64,000 nt of DNA from Octopus sinensis (lineage: Eukaryota), in NCBI RefSeq assembly GCF_006345805.1, contig NC_043002.1, positions 98,518,001 to 98,582,000 on the forward strand, given 5' to 3'. This document shows, one piece after another, positions 38,468 through 51,692 of this stretch (position 1 is its first letter; each line of letters starts with the position of its first letter). The notes beneath the pieces were generated by a model. It was not told where the DNA came from. It saw only the letters and a list, made by a program, of their open reading frames with translations, and ran no database searches. A program made the position numbers and the translations under genes.

Positions 38468-38853
38468 GGAGGCGCAATGGCCCAGTGGTTAGGGCAGCGA
38501 ACTCGCAGTCATAGGATCGTGGTTTCGATTCCCAGACCGGGCGTTGTGAGTGTTTATTGAGTGAAAACACCTAAAAGCTCCACGAGGCTCCGGCAGGGAT
38601 GGTGGTGATCCCTGCTGTACTCTTTCACCACAACTTTCTCTCACTCTTACTTCCTGTTTCTGTTGTACCTGTATTTCAAAGGGCCGGCCTTGTCACTCTC
38701 TGTGTCATGCTGAATATCTCCGAGAACTACGTTAAGGGTACACGTGTCTGTGGAGTGCTCAGCCACTTACACGTTAATTTCACGAGCAGGCTGTTCCGTT
38801 GATCGGATCAACCGGAACCCTCGTCGTCGTAACCGACGGAGTGCTTCCATCCA
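38468..38853 (+). mobile_element. tRNA-derived SINE family B, full length
   Basis: GGAGGCGCAATGGCCCAGTGGTTAGGGCAGCG...GGTTTCGATTCCC ... GGAGTGCTTCCATCCA. Confidence 0.92.
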
Positions 38854-39505
38854 GATAAATGCATTCTTCTACAACCTCAGACTGACCTATGCCTTTTGAA
38901 TGGAAATGGTCAATAGAGACTGTGCTGAAGTTTGTTCTTGTTTTGTTCATGCATGTGAATACCAATTCCCTGTACTGTCATTAACATTGTCTGAGCAAAA
39001 AACCCTAATATTGTTTATATTCTTCTATAAAATGTCCCCATAGTTGATGGCATGTAATGGGACTGAACCCTAAGCCATGTTGTTGCAGAGTGAATTTCTT
39101 AACTGCATGGCGGCTACAGTAGCACCCATAAGTATATTTGGATAAACATACAGATAGATATACACACGCATATTTACATAATAACCCCCCCCCCCCACAC
39201 ACACACACAAACTGAAATTAAACTGAGCAAAAAAAAAAAAAAAGAAGGAAAGGGAAAAATTATCTGGTTTAATTTCAATCGTTTTGAATATGAACAAATT
39301 TATGGGAAGATTAAAAGCTGTAGTAAAACATATGTATATGTGTCCAAACTATTAATTCTGTACAGGATCACATGCCTGGTGTTTCTGCCTACCATTTAAT
39401 TGCATGTTTTATTTGAGTCTTGCTGGTCTTCTGGCATTTGACTCTTAACTGATGGTAATTAGGTAATAAATAGAAGGTAAAGGAAGAGCTGAATAATAAT
39501 AATAA

Positions 39506-39554
<49 letters not shown>

Positions 39555-40424
39555 CCAATGGAGAACTCTTGGGTTTGGGGTAGAAAGAGACTGTTGAAAA
39601 AAAAATTGTAACTTAAGTGTGCATATGTGTGTAGGATATAGTGAATAAGGTGGAGAGAGGGAGAAAGAAGAGAAGGGGATTGAAAGTAAAGGCAGGAAAA
39701 CTAAAGGGGAAAATAGAGAGAGAAAGGAAGCTGCTGATAAACACAGAGATATTGAAAGGAAGAGAGATGAGGGGACAGAAAAATTAAATTTACATGTATG
39801 TATGTGGTGAGAAAGTTGTGTGTGTGTGTGTGTGTGCGTGTGTGTGTGTGTGTGTGTATTTATTTATTTATACAAATGCTTATACATACAATGGGTTTCA
39901 TTTATTTTTTGTGTACTAAATCCTCTCATTTTGGTCAGTCTGGGAATAGAGTAGAAAACAGTTGCGAAGGTGTCATACAGTGAAACTGAACCCCAAACCA
40001 AGTTATTGGGAAATGAACTTCTTAACTACATTACCATGTCTACACACACACACACACGCACATACACACACACACACGTGCATGCACATAGATTCACGTG
40101 TGCAATGCTGGAACATTTGTTTTCAGCATAAAGTTGGAAAGTGGAACCCCCCTTCATTGTATCCTTTAGAAATAAAGTGATGTGTTTAGCCTCAGGAGGC
40201 CTAACACATAACTTATTGAAGAGTTTGAATTCAATAAATTTATTTCTAAAATTTCAATGGCTGTCTGTTTCAGAAATAATCAATTTAGTGAAAAGTAGGA
40301 GAAAAGTGAGGTATGTTGGTGCGCTGTAAGGAGGAAGAATGTTTAAATTTTTGAAGATGATTTGTTCACAATCCTTATTTTTTATTATCACTGAAAATAT
40401 CTGTCCTGGTTGTCTGTTTATCCA

Positions 40425-41275
40425 TTCACAAGAGAGACGTTTGCGCTGGTATGGTCATGTGGCGAGAATGGATGAAGATAGTTGTGTGAAAAAGTGCCAC
40501 ACCCTAGCGGTTGAGGGAACCTGTGGAAGAGGCAGACCCAGGAAAACCTGGGACGAGGTGGTGAAGCACGACCTTCGAACTTTAGGTCTCACTGAGGAAA
40601 TGACTAGAGACCGAGACCTCTGGAAGTGTGCTGTGCGCGAGAAGACCCGGCAGGACAAGTGAGTCCATAACCCGTGGCCTTCTACATGGGATGGAGCCAG
40701 CCTACGTATGCATACCTTCCCTTCTTGGGACACAAAACTCTACTTGTGAAGACGTGATGAGGCAAGTGAGGATCAGAATCGAAATCGATCAATGGAAATT
40801 GCGGATGTGCTACCAGTGCCGGTGGCATGTCAAAACTCTGCTTGTGAAGACCCGTTGAGGCAAGTGACGATCAGAATCGAAATCGATCAATGGAAATCGA
40901 TCAATGGAAATTGCAGATGTGTTACCAGTGCCGGTGGCATGTAAGAGAACTTTCCGTTTCGCGACCGTTGCCAGCACCGCCCCGTTTCGTGTCCATTGCC
41001 AGCCTCGCCTGGCCCTCGTGCCGGTGGCACATAAAAAGCACCATCCGTTCGTGGCCGTTTGCCAGCTCTGTCTGGCACCAGTGCGGGTGGCACGTAAAAA
41101 GCACCCACTACACTCACGGAGTGGTTGGCGTTAGGAAGGGCATCCAGCCGTAGAAACACTGCCAGATTTGACTGGGCCTGATGAAGCCTTCTGGCTTCAC
41201 AGACCCCAGTAGAACCGTCCAACCCATGCTAGCATGGAAAACGGACGCTAAACGATGATGATGATGATGATGATG
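40425..41275 (+). mobile_element. 5'-truncated RTE-clade LINE: ORF C-terminus (to 40662), ~610-nt 3' UTR and (GAT)n tail
   Basis: RRLRWYGHVARMDEDSCVKKCHTLAVEGTCGRGRPRKTWDEVVKHDLRTLGLTEEMTRDRDLWK matches the RTE C-terminal pattern RxxWxGHxxR...GxRxxGRPxxxW...DRxxW. The UTR contains a ~98-bp tandem duplication (40735-40943) and B plus A units. Confidence 0.9.
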
Positions 41276-42333
41276 ACATCTATCTACTTATATATCCTTC
41301 TATTCATTTGTATTCCAGCACATTTTCGTATCGGTCTGTGCACTCTTTTGTCTGTCTGTCTGTCAGCACCCTTGTGTCTGTCATGAGGCGTTCTGTTTAA
41401 CTTTCTCTTTTACCTGTCTTTGTGCCCTTCTGTTTGTGTGTCTGTACACTCTATGCCTACCTCAGTGCCATTCTGTTTGTCTGTGTACTCTTGTGACTGC
41501 CTCTGCATCTTCAATGCATTCAAAACCTTCTGGTTTTCATATAATGCAGATAACAAAAGGGATAATACAATAGCATCATAACTAAACTCCCTTTATATCC
41601 TAAACAATCTACATCAACACATACATAACTCATTAAGCCAACTATGAAAACTTTTCCCCAGACATCATATTCTGATCTACATACCTAGCTATCACAATTT
41701 CTTGGCAAATATTCCCTAACTGTCCTTAGACCACCCACCAGTTATTCTCACCACACACTAAGGTAACAGAATGGTACAATCATTAGAATGGTGAGAAAAA
41801 AATGCTTTGTAGCTATTTATCTGACTCTTTACATTACAAATTCAAATTTTGCCCAGGTCAACTTTGCCTTTCATATTTCTGGGATCAATAAAATAAAGTA
41901 TCAATTGAATACTAGCATTGTTGGTATCAATGTTGGAATCGACTCTCTTCAAAATTGTTGTTTTTGTGTCTAACCTTGTAACACAATGCACTTGCATATA
42001 AATGAGTATGAGGATTGTAAAAAATATTTTTACATACTTCAGAAATGTACATTAGAATAAGTTTCAACAAGAAACATTATCAAAGTTCTATGAATTTAAC
42101 TATACCACAGTGACTAACTTAAATACTGCAATCTACAAATTCAGCAAGACATCTTCCACAAAGCAATATGAAAAATACAACCCCACCTACAATGATTTGA
42201 GATTATTTTGGAATATCAAGGTTTCTGTGTTCAAATAGCTTGATTTATAGCTTGGTGAATTTTGTGCCGTCACCATAATCTCATCATTCCAATGTCCACT
42301 TTTCCATGCTTGTATGCATTGGACTAAATTTAA

Positions 42334-42555
42334 CCCTTTAGTGTTCGCATTATTCTGCCAAAATTAATGCTTTTTTTATCCACATTGTTTTGAACTAATC
42401 ATGCATTATCTTGTAACTATGAAAATTTGATGAGGCAGCTGTTAATTTTTAAAACGATATTGTAGGGCTGGTGTGAGAGACCAGATCTGGCCAGTTTGAA
42501 CATAAAATAGGCAGAATACTTTTGACCGGATATGGCCAGTTTAAATGCTAAAGGG
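42334..42555. mobile_element. Second piggyBac-type MITE (222 bp)
   Basis: TTAA|CCCTTTAGTGTT ... AATGCTAAAGGG|TTAA; TSDs at 42330-33 and 42556-59. Confidence 0.85.
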
Positions 42556-43088
42556 TTAATGGGGTTTTTTTTTACAATCAGTCACCAACCCTCACCACTT
42601 TCTAAGTACTTCCCCATGACCTGACATATCTTCACAGATCAGATATGAAAGACTCTACTTACATGAGGGTGAGACTTGTTTACAATCATCATGTCAAGGC
42701 AAGAAAACAGTAACTCAAATACACACTCATACATACATGCATACATACATACACACACACACACACCATGGGCTTTTTTCAGCTTTTGCCAACATAATCC
42801 TGCCTCAACTCTTTGGTCTGCCCAGGGATTGTACCTGAAACCATGTGGCTGGGAATCAGACTTCTTACCACACAGCCACACTTCCATCTGTATTCTTCCT
42901 TCATCCACAAAGATACTTTTTAAGTCATTAATATCTAAACTATTGTTAAATTGTATTCCAAATGCCAGCTGAATAATATGGAAGTTAGTTTACTAAATCT
43001 CTCAGAATCCTTAAATTTCAAACTTTATTGAAACATATAAACTGTATATTTCATTAAAAATACTTCTGCAAAAGGGTTACCATTTCAT

Positions 43089-43307
43089 CTCTTTTACTCT
43101 TTTACTTGTTTCAGTCATTTGACTGTGGCCATGCTGGAGCACCGCCTTTAATCGAGCAACTCGACCCCGGTACTTATTCTTTTGTAAGCCCAGTACTTAT
43201 TCTATCGGTCTCTTTTGCCGAACCGCTAAGTAACGGGGACATAAACACACCAGCATCGGTTGTCAAGCAATGCTAGGGGGACAAACACAGACACACAAAC
43301 ACACACA

Positions 43308-43348
<41 letters not shown>

Positions 43349-43506
43349 GACGGGCTTCTTTCAGTTTCCGTCTACCAAATCCACTCACAAGGCATTGGTT
43401 GGCCCGGGGATATAGCAGAAGACACTTGCCCAAGATGCCACGCAGTGGGACTGAACCCGGAACCATGTGGTTGGTTAGCAAGCTACTTACCACACAGCCA
43501 CTCCTG
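43089..43506 (-). mobile_element. SINE family A, full length
   Basis: Reverse complement of the 16416-type element. Confidence 0.92.
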
Positions 43507-43621
43507 ACATCAGTTATAGCTTTCTGTATATGTATTAATCTGTATTTGAAGATAATTAACTGAAAGAGAAAAGTTCACGAAAGTATTGTTGATATTCATA
43601 CTGAAATCTTCCAGAAAGAAT

Positions 43622-43656
43622 CTACGTCACGTTTGATTGGAAACGGTTATGGCAAC
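43622..43656. promoter_or_regulatory. Putative promoter motif cluster: CRE-like, CCAAT and RFX half-site
   Basis: CTACGTCACGTTTGATTGGAAACGGTTATGGCAAC contains ACGTCA, ATTGG and ATGGCAAC within 35 bp, with 3 CpGs in unique CpG-poor DNA. Confidence 0.35.
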
Positions 43657-44334
43657 ATAGTTTTGTTTCAGCTGAGCTAATCCTCCTTATTATACGTTGA
43701 AAGTATTTAACAACATTTCTTCTGGAGAATACATCGACATTATAATATTCAACATTAAACTAACAAACCATAGATTAAAAGCAAATTCTTTCACCAAGCT
43801 CCATTCCATTATATTGGAGAAATATTTTATGTTAGTTTACTCATCTCTACCCTGCCCACCAACCCACAGCAAGAAAGTTGTTAGATCTCCAGAAAGAAGT
43901 GTAGACATTTATAGGTGATTAGGAGCTGAAAGAAAACATTCACTCTAACGATTAGGACCTCAGAGGAAGAAAAACTGCCCCATAAAATAACAAGAAAGAA
44001 AAGTAAATATAAAACTAAGAAAATGATAAATGATAAATGAAACAGTTTGAAAATTGTACCTATGTTTTAAGGAGTTAGATGTTTCTTTTATCAATGTTAA
44101 TAACTGTGAAATATTTTATTTATTTATTTCTACCTTCTTTATATTATTTCTTACACACTCTCCAACATTATCAATACTCTTCCTCACATACACTCTCTCA
44201 CTACACACATGCACACACACATATGTGCATATATATTCATTCACGCAGAAATACATACAAATGTGTGTGTATGTATATGTTTCTATATATATGTATATAT
44301 ATATATATAATATATATATATATATGTATGTGTG

Positions 44335-44412
<78 letters not shown>

Positions 44413-45940
44413 TATATATATACAGAGAGAGAGAGTCTGTGTGTGTTCTGTCTCTGTTATTCGCCTCTCTCTCTTTCTAACATTTTCTTGTCTTTATCAT
44501 CAGTGCCATAAACTTCTTTTTCATTTACTTGGCTGAGACAGGGGGGAGCAACCATGATCTTTGACACCTCTCTTTCCCTCTCAGGCCAGTGAAATCGATG
44601 TTGTTCACGTTCAGTTTGAACTTTTGTAGCTTGATGATATTTGTAGATAATACTTGTATGTGTGTGTGTTTGTATGTGTGTGTGTGTGTGGCTGTGTGTG
44701 TGTGTGCATCTGTGTGTATGCATGCATATATGTGTTGTGGTTAGTGGAAAGTATGATGGCCAGAAAATATGCTGGTTGTAACAGTGAGAAGCGATGCTTA
44801 GGGAAATCATGTTGGTTAAGGAGCGGTGTGTTGGAAGTCTCTCTTCTAAGTTAATTGAGACCTTTTTTTTTTAATGTTGCAGAAACCTCAGCTGTCATTT
44901 ATAAAGTAATGAAGTTGGATGACTGTGTAAAGCACCAGTAATATCTGAACTATGTAGACACTTTATCTGATAGAAATAGCAACCAAGTCTTCCTCAAATC
45001 ATACCTTGCTATTTTAGAAACAGATTAATACATTGGACAATCTAGTCCTAGATATTCAGAAATACTGAATGGTTACAAGAGAAACACCTGGGATGATAGA
45101 CCTGCTCTGTTGGTGCTCACCTGTTGTATGAACATGAATTACAATAATTATAACATGAATTACAATAACTATAACAGAATATTTTGCATCAGTTTCATAG
45201 ATGTATAAGATTGATTAATTAAGTAGTATGTATCTCATACTTGTTTTATTGTCCCTGGCAGAGAATGGTAGTTGCTGTTGGGATTTGAACATAAAAAGAA
45301 ATTAGTAAATACTGAATAACATTTAGTACGTTACTTGTTTGTTTCAGCCACTCTATTGTCTTAATAATAGTGATGATGATGATAATGATGATGATTATGT
45401 CTACCATAACCACAATGTTAAACACTTTGGGGAATCAGTAAATGTCACTTTAAATTGATGCCATCACTTGGTTATGTACTTATTATCAACCTGGGCAAGA
45501 TTAAATGCAAAGGTGACCTCAATGAGATGTGAGGAGAGAACATAAAGTGATGTAACTTAATACTACAAACTATTTTGTTCGGTACCCTATTGAGCCCATC
45601 ATCGCTGCTAATGAATCTGTTATTTACCACCCAAAATAATCTGTCACTTAGCGCAATAATAATAATAACAATAGCAATTGCTTTTTATATTCAGGCTCAA
45701 GACCAGTAAGTAAATTTTAAGAGAATTGGTTTACACTATACCATTCACCACAGTAGATGACTGGTTCTTTATTTCAACAGCCTTGAAAAGATGAAAAGCA
45801 AAGTTGACCTCAGCAGTATTTGAAATCAATAATAATAATAATGAATTGTCATAGAGGGCAATTGTGAAAATGTAGGGGAAGCTTTTTAATCCACTCAATG
45901 TGCTACAACCTGTCTAGTGCTGGAGTTGCAATGATAAAGT

Positions 45941-46307
45941 GGAGGCGCAATGGCTCAGTGGTTAGGGCAGCAGACTCTCGGTCATAGGATCGCGGTTTCG
46001 ATTCCCAGACCGGGCGTTGTGAGTGTTTATTGAGCGAAAACACCTAAAGCTCCACGAGGCTCTGGCAGGGGATGGTGGTGATCCCTGCTGTACTCTTTCA
46101 CCACAACTTTCTCTCACTCTTACTTCCTGTTTCTGTTGTACCTGTATTTCAAAGGGCCGGCCTTGTCACTCTCTGTGTCATGCTGAATATCCCCGAGAAC
46201 TATGTTAAAGGTACATGTGTCTGTGGAGTGCTCAGCCACTTACACGTTAATTTCACGAGCAGGCTGTTCCGTTGATTCGGATCAACCGGAACCCTCATCA
46301 TGCTTCC
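45941..46307 (+). mobile_element. SINE family B
   Basis: GGAGGCGCAATGGCTCAGTGGTTAGG... through ...TGCTTCCA. Confidence 0.92.
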
Positions 46308-47220
46308 ACACACAATGATAAAATACATTTAGTCAACTGGTTAAAGTGGTTGGAACCAAGAAAAGTATTCAGCCATGGAGACCATATCAAAACTTGGACC
46401 CTGCAAATCACATCATGCCGTAACTGTTTAGGTGGGTAGTAATTCCAAATAAGGAGTGACACACAATGGAAATGTGTCAGTGTTGCTTCTTACATAAGAC
46501 AACTGGTTTCTATAGTCAATGGCCTGATAAGATGTACACTGTAAAATTGTTGTCAATAGGAAAGGAATTCAGGTTTGGATAATAGGCCAAACTGGAACAT
46601 TTAAGTGAGATGTGGAGACTGAAAGCTGCTTTGTAGGCAACTGTCTAGAAGGACAGTAACTCTGAATAAGTTAGAGAGGACTCTTTAGTCTTATTCACTT
46701 GTAACTATTTTTTATGCCAGTAGAATGACAGAATGCATCCAGTCAAATCTACAAGATGTTCACAACACCAAATGTGTATACAAGATGATGTGGACCATGA
46801 CAACCCATTTAACCCATGCCAATATGATAGAAAACATACAGTGAAGAAGAAGATGATGATGATGATATTGATAATTTTGAGGAAGTTTCGGTGCAATTTG
46901 TACAAAAGGGAGGTCAAATACCTAGTATTAATTCTAGGATGTTACTAGCCATTTTATGAACTTGTCTGATGTTTGAATTCAAATTGTAGGATGGTAGAAC
47001 TTAATCGTATAAATCATTTAGTTTAGCACTTAAACTGTTTATTTCACTTCAGTTTCTCATTACTTGTCATTGTTTACAGTCATTGGTGAAAGCATCAGGA
47101 GAGTTTGGATAAAATGGTCTTTGAATCCATTTACATTCTGTTTGAAACCCCATTGGGAGCCAGTTTTTTTTTTTTTTTTGCATCCTTGACCGTTTTTGAA
47201 CTCAGAATGTAAAATGTTGA

Positions 47221-47496
47221 AGATATTTTCCTCAACAGGCCCTGCCCTATTTAACATTGTCCCGAAGGAGATCAAAAAGGAAAAGGATCCCATCAACTTT
47301 AAACGGAGTCTGGATAGATTCCTTCAAAGAATACCAGATAAGCCACCCATAATTGGATACAACTCACCCAACAAGAACTCACTACTTGAACAAAACTTGA
47401 CTTAAACAGGATTCGAATAATCCTATCAGGTGGTGCTATTAGGTTAGACATGGCCTGGACCAATCTTTGGTCGAAACATATCTAAGTTTAAGTTTA
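47221..47496 (+). mobile_element. 5'-truncated CR1/L2-group LINE 3' end
   Basis: FSSTGPALFNIVPKEIKKEKDPINFKRSLDRFLQRIPDKPPIIGY..NSL matches the GPxLFNxLP..FKxxLDxFLxxIPDxP..GY C-terminus; GACCA/TGGTC stem-loop and (TAAGTT)2 tail. Confidence 0.8.
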
Positions 47497-48141
47497 TACT
47501 GCAAAGCATTTTTTAGCTCTGATCTAACAATTCTGCTAATCCATCAACTTGATAATAAATACCTCACATTAACATAAGTTCTGAAGTTTTTTTTAAGGAA
47601 GTGAACAGTGATTCAATCAACCCCAGTACTTGACTGGTACTCTATTTTAGCTATCCTGGAGCGATGAAGTGAAGTTGACTTTGTTAAGACACGTTCAGAT
47701 GTCACTATGTGCCTGGCACTTCGTTTATAAATTCTAGAATGAAGAATGTCTTCATAGTTGCATAAAAAAGTTTAGAACTATGAACATCACTAATATCAAT
47801 TTCACCTTCCTTGAAAATCCAAGGCTTCATTGCCTACATAAGCTTATGTTAGAAATATAATAGGGAGAGGGGTGGGTAATTGAGTAACATAGACCCTAAG
47901 TGTGTGTGCGTGTGTGTGTGTGTGCGTGTGTGTGAGCATGGTTACCAATATGAATGCTTATAAATGAAGGTGAGAGTGAAGAGAAATGTTAGTGTGTAGA
48001 AAGAGAAGAAAAGTTGTTAGGGAAGAAAAGTATAAGTTTATTGGAGAGGAAGAGGTGGGGGTTATTGGATTAAGCAGTTATTGCAAGCACACACATACAC
48101 ATGCACACACGCATACACAGAATGAGAGAACGATAAGCTAT

Positions 48142-48172
<31 letters not shown>

Positions 48173-48709
48173 AAGGAGGAGAGATCAAGCAATCAGTTGA
48201 TGAAGAAGGGACAGGGAGTGATAGGTTGTTTGATGAAAAGAGAGGTAAGGTTTTGTAGTAGAGAAAAAAATTTTGCATTGGAAGTAGAGAGGGTTTATTG
48301 AGATGGTGGGGTTGAGAGAATGGATAGCTTATTGACTTGTACAGAGAAGCGAAAAGAGCTGATGATGTCTTATTGTATGGAGAAAGAGAAGGGAAGCAAA
48401 TGGAAATTTTTTTGGATTGGATATAGTGTTTAGAGTGTAAGAGATAGGTTGATGGAAGAGAGAGAGAGAGAGAGAGCATACATTGTATTGAATGGAAAGA
48501 AAGTGTAAAAGTTGAATTGGGAAATATAAAGGAATGGGAAGAAAGCAATGTGGGTGTTAGGTAACTGAGAGAGAGAGAGAGAGAGAGATAGAGAGAGAGA
48601 CTGTGTTTGTATTTGCATGTTCTCAGCTGTGTGAGTTATGTATACATATGTCATCTGTGTGTATAAGACTTTGGGTTTATGTACTTGTTTGAAGAGATTG
48701 GAAACAGAA

Positions 48710-48746
<37 letters not shown>

Positions 48747-49390
48747 TGGATCAAGCAAGCAGTTATTAGGCAATTTAAGAGATGGAGAGGAGGAGGAGGG
48801 GGGGATATGGGAGTTGGGGGCAATATACAGGTAACTGTTGGTGGAAGAGGTGATAGATGATCAAAACTAAATAGATACCTCCTCCTCCTCCTCCTCCTCT
48901 TCATTCTCCTCCTCTCCCAAATAGGAGGAAGAGGAGGAGGGAACTGATCGAAGAAGGAAATATGAATATAATTTTAATACATCTTTGAGGCATTTCTCTT
49001 TTCCTCTCCTACTCCTCTGCCTTTCACTCATTTTTATTCTCCACCATTTTCTTAATTCTCTTATTTTTTCTCCTTTTTCTTCTGTTTTTTTCTTTTCCTT
49101 TCTTTTTTCTATCTTTATACTTCTTTCTTTTTCTCCTCCTTATTTCTTTTCTTTTCTTTTTTTTCTTCATCACCATTTTATATTTGTTTTATATTTTTTT
49201 ACTATTATATATTCTGTTTATATTTGTGTTTTATTTATTGACTTTTGATTATTATTCCAGATTTTCTTTCTGTTTCCATGTATTTTTTTTCTTCTTTGTT
49301 TTAGTTAGTTAGTTTGTTTGTTTGTTTGTTTGTTTATTTGCTTATTTGTTTGTGTTCTCAGTTCAAATGTTATCTCTGGATGTGTTTCAG

Positions 49391-49551
49391 CTGCAGTCAA
49401 ATCCAGGCAAATCGATGGGGTTTACAGAACTTGGCCGCCGATGCAAGAAGAAAGAATTACATCCTGGCCCTCAGCATCTTTACCACTATCACCAACGCTA
49501 CCAACGAACAACAGTAATACCAACAACAACAACAACAACAACAATAAATAA
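49391..49551 (+). other. Exon-like segment after a long T-rich tract (possible terminal or UTR exon)
   Basis: TGTGTTTCAG acceptor, higher GC content, all three frames open for 40-54 codons, ending in (AAC)n. No family recognised. Confidence 0.25.
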
Positions 49552-50141
49552 TTAATCAAAACTCAAAGAAAAGACAAATGCATTTTCTTTCCAAGACGCA
49601 ACTTACCATTGCAACTACAGAGGATTGTACCATTACTGCTATTCAGGAATAATAATATATTATTAAATATATATATATATAATATATATTGCATTTATAT
49701 ATATTATATTTATACATGCAATATACTTTTGTGATTGAGTTGAAACACTTGAATTAGGATCACCATTGGATACCAAATTATACATCTACTAAAGAAACAC
49801 CCCACTAGTTCCATTTTTTTGGAATCTGTTTGAGCCAAATATAATTCTCCACTTTCCTTGTCTTTTTTTTTCATCCATATTTGGTTTTTTATTTATTTGA
49901 TTGTTTGTTTACTTTTTGTAATTAAACAAAAAAATTGTTGCCACCAGTCCAGCCTATCACTATCCTGTACTATCTATAACTACTGTCCAATGCAGTCTGA
50001 GCCATAATATTACTAAAAAGAGGGTAGTGCTTTTCAAGTAAGAATTTCAACCACCACCATCACCACCACCACCACCACCACTACCGCCGCCAAGGTATTG
50101 AGTTAACGGAGGAGAAATGTCTGTAAAATTACCTGTCGACG

Positions 50142-50286
50142 ATGCTTAGTCTACTAGTAAAGAGCCGGACACGACTGTCACCTATGAAATTACAACTTCA
50201 CTTGGCTCTCATTCTGTTCACTTTCACATTTCTACACACAGTGACTAGTTACTCTCCAGGGGATTATCGCTATATTTCTTATGATG
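50142..50286 (+). CDS. Probable first coding exon of a secreted or membrane protein (signal peptide)
   Basis: M(50142)LSLLVKSRTRLSPM(50184)KLQLHLALILFTFTFLHTVTS-YSPGDYRYISYD has a basic n-region, hydrophobic h-region and VTS cleavage motif, then ATG|GTAAGT consensus donor in phase 1. Confidence 0.55.
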
Positions 50287-51285
50287 GTAAGTTATTCAGT
50301 TTATTTATTTCATTTATTGGTTTGTTTGTTATTCAATTTGCTGCTTTTTAAATGTGTGTATTTGTTTTTGTTTTTTTTTCATGTTTTTAGTCAGTGGATT
50401 TCAGTCAAGTTTGGGCACCGTCTGCCTGGGTTTAAAAATCCATTGTGTAGATTCCATTATTTATTTCAGCCTGGTATTTATTTCATGGATTTCTGTTGAA
50501 TCCGTTAACTTAAGGGATTCAGCAAAAATCCATGAAACCCATCACATGCATTGTGTGTGTTGTATAGAGGGAGTTCGTACTACCCCTCATTTTCACATGT
50601 GTTCACTGGTTGTAAACAAATGGCCTTGCTGTTCATTCGGACAATGTCATTTGCATGCAATCACCACAAAGAGCATATCCAGGTTTCTTGACATGTCTTG
50701 TCATGTTGTGCGATCTTTGTTGACAGAAAGACACCTTCACGCGAAATCATTTGCTTTCACTTCTTTGCCTAAACACGTTTGGCCTGTTTGTTGTTTGATT
50801 GCTTGGGAGAGTATTACGGTTCATGGAATCGAGTAGGGATTGGTGTTGGAAAGGACAACTGGCTAGAAAACCCTACCTCTATGTGGACACTTGCCTGTCT
50901 CATGCAGACATGGAAAAGTAGAGGTTAAAATGATCATGATGATGATACATATTTATATGTAGGTGTATACATATATATATACGCACATGGATCTTTGAGT
51001 TATTGAGAAAGCTACAAAAATTGCTATTACAAATATAAAATAAAAATTTTCACTTTTTCAGTACTCAACCCCCACCACACAGACACACACACACAAAGAC
51101 TTTTTTTTTTTTGTTATCAATGTTACAAACCTATTTTTTTGTTAATATCCTTTTAAGCTATAAGTTGATAATCTTTGCTGAAGATGTAGTAACCATTTTG
51201 ATTCCTGCCATAATCCCATCTTTAGTCTCAAGCATGTTCTGTCCTCGAATACTTTATCCAATCTGTCCTTTTTAAAAATCAATAA

Positions 51286-51692
51286 GACGTAGGAGTGGCT
51301 GTGTGGTAAGTAGCTTGCTTACGAACCACATGGTTCTGGGTTCAGTCCCACTGCGTGGCACCTTGGGTAAGTGTCTTCTACTATAGCCTCCGTCCGACCA
51401 AAGCCTTGTGAGTGGATTTGGTAGACGGAAACTGAAAGAAGCTTGTCGTATATATATATATATGTGTGTGTGTGTGTATGTTTGTGTTTCTGTGTTTGTC
51501 CCCTCAACATCACTTGACAGCTGATGCTGGTGTGTTTATGTCCCCGTAACTTAGCGGTTCGGCAATAGAAACCAATAGAATAAGTACTAGGCTTACAAAG
51601 AATAAGTCCTGGGGTCGATTTGCTCGACTAAAGGCGGTGCTCCAGCATGGCCACAGTCAAATGACTGAAACAAGTAATAGGGCAAAAGAGTA
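51286..51692 (+). mobile_element. SINE family A
   Basis: GTAGGAGTGGCTGTGTGGTAAG...GACTGAAACAAGTAA. Confidence 0.9.

Noticed and set aside
38468-38540. tRNA-like sequences here and at 45941, 52722, 63311, 63890, 16416 and 9418
   Set aside because: They are SINE heads with pol III boxes continuing into SINE bodies and tails, some with TSDs; no complete cloverleaf is supported.
38599-38802. Recurring ORF MVVIPAVLFHHNFLSLLLPV... (also 46072 and 52389)
   Set aside because: Internal to SINE family B; recurrence reflects repeat copies, not a gene family.
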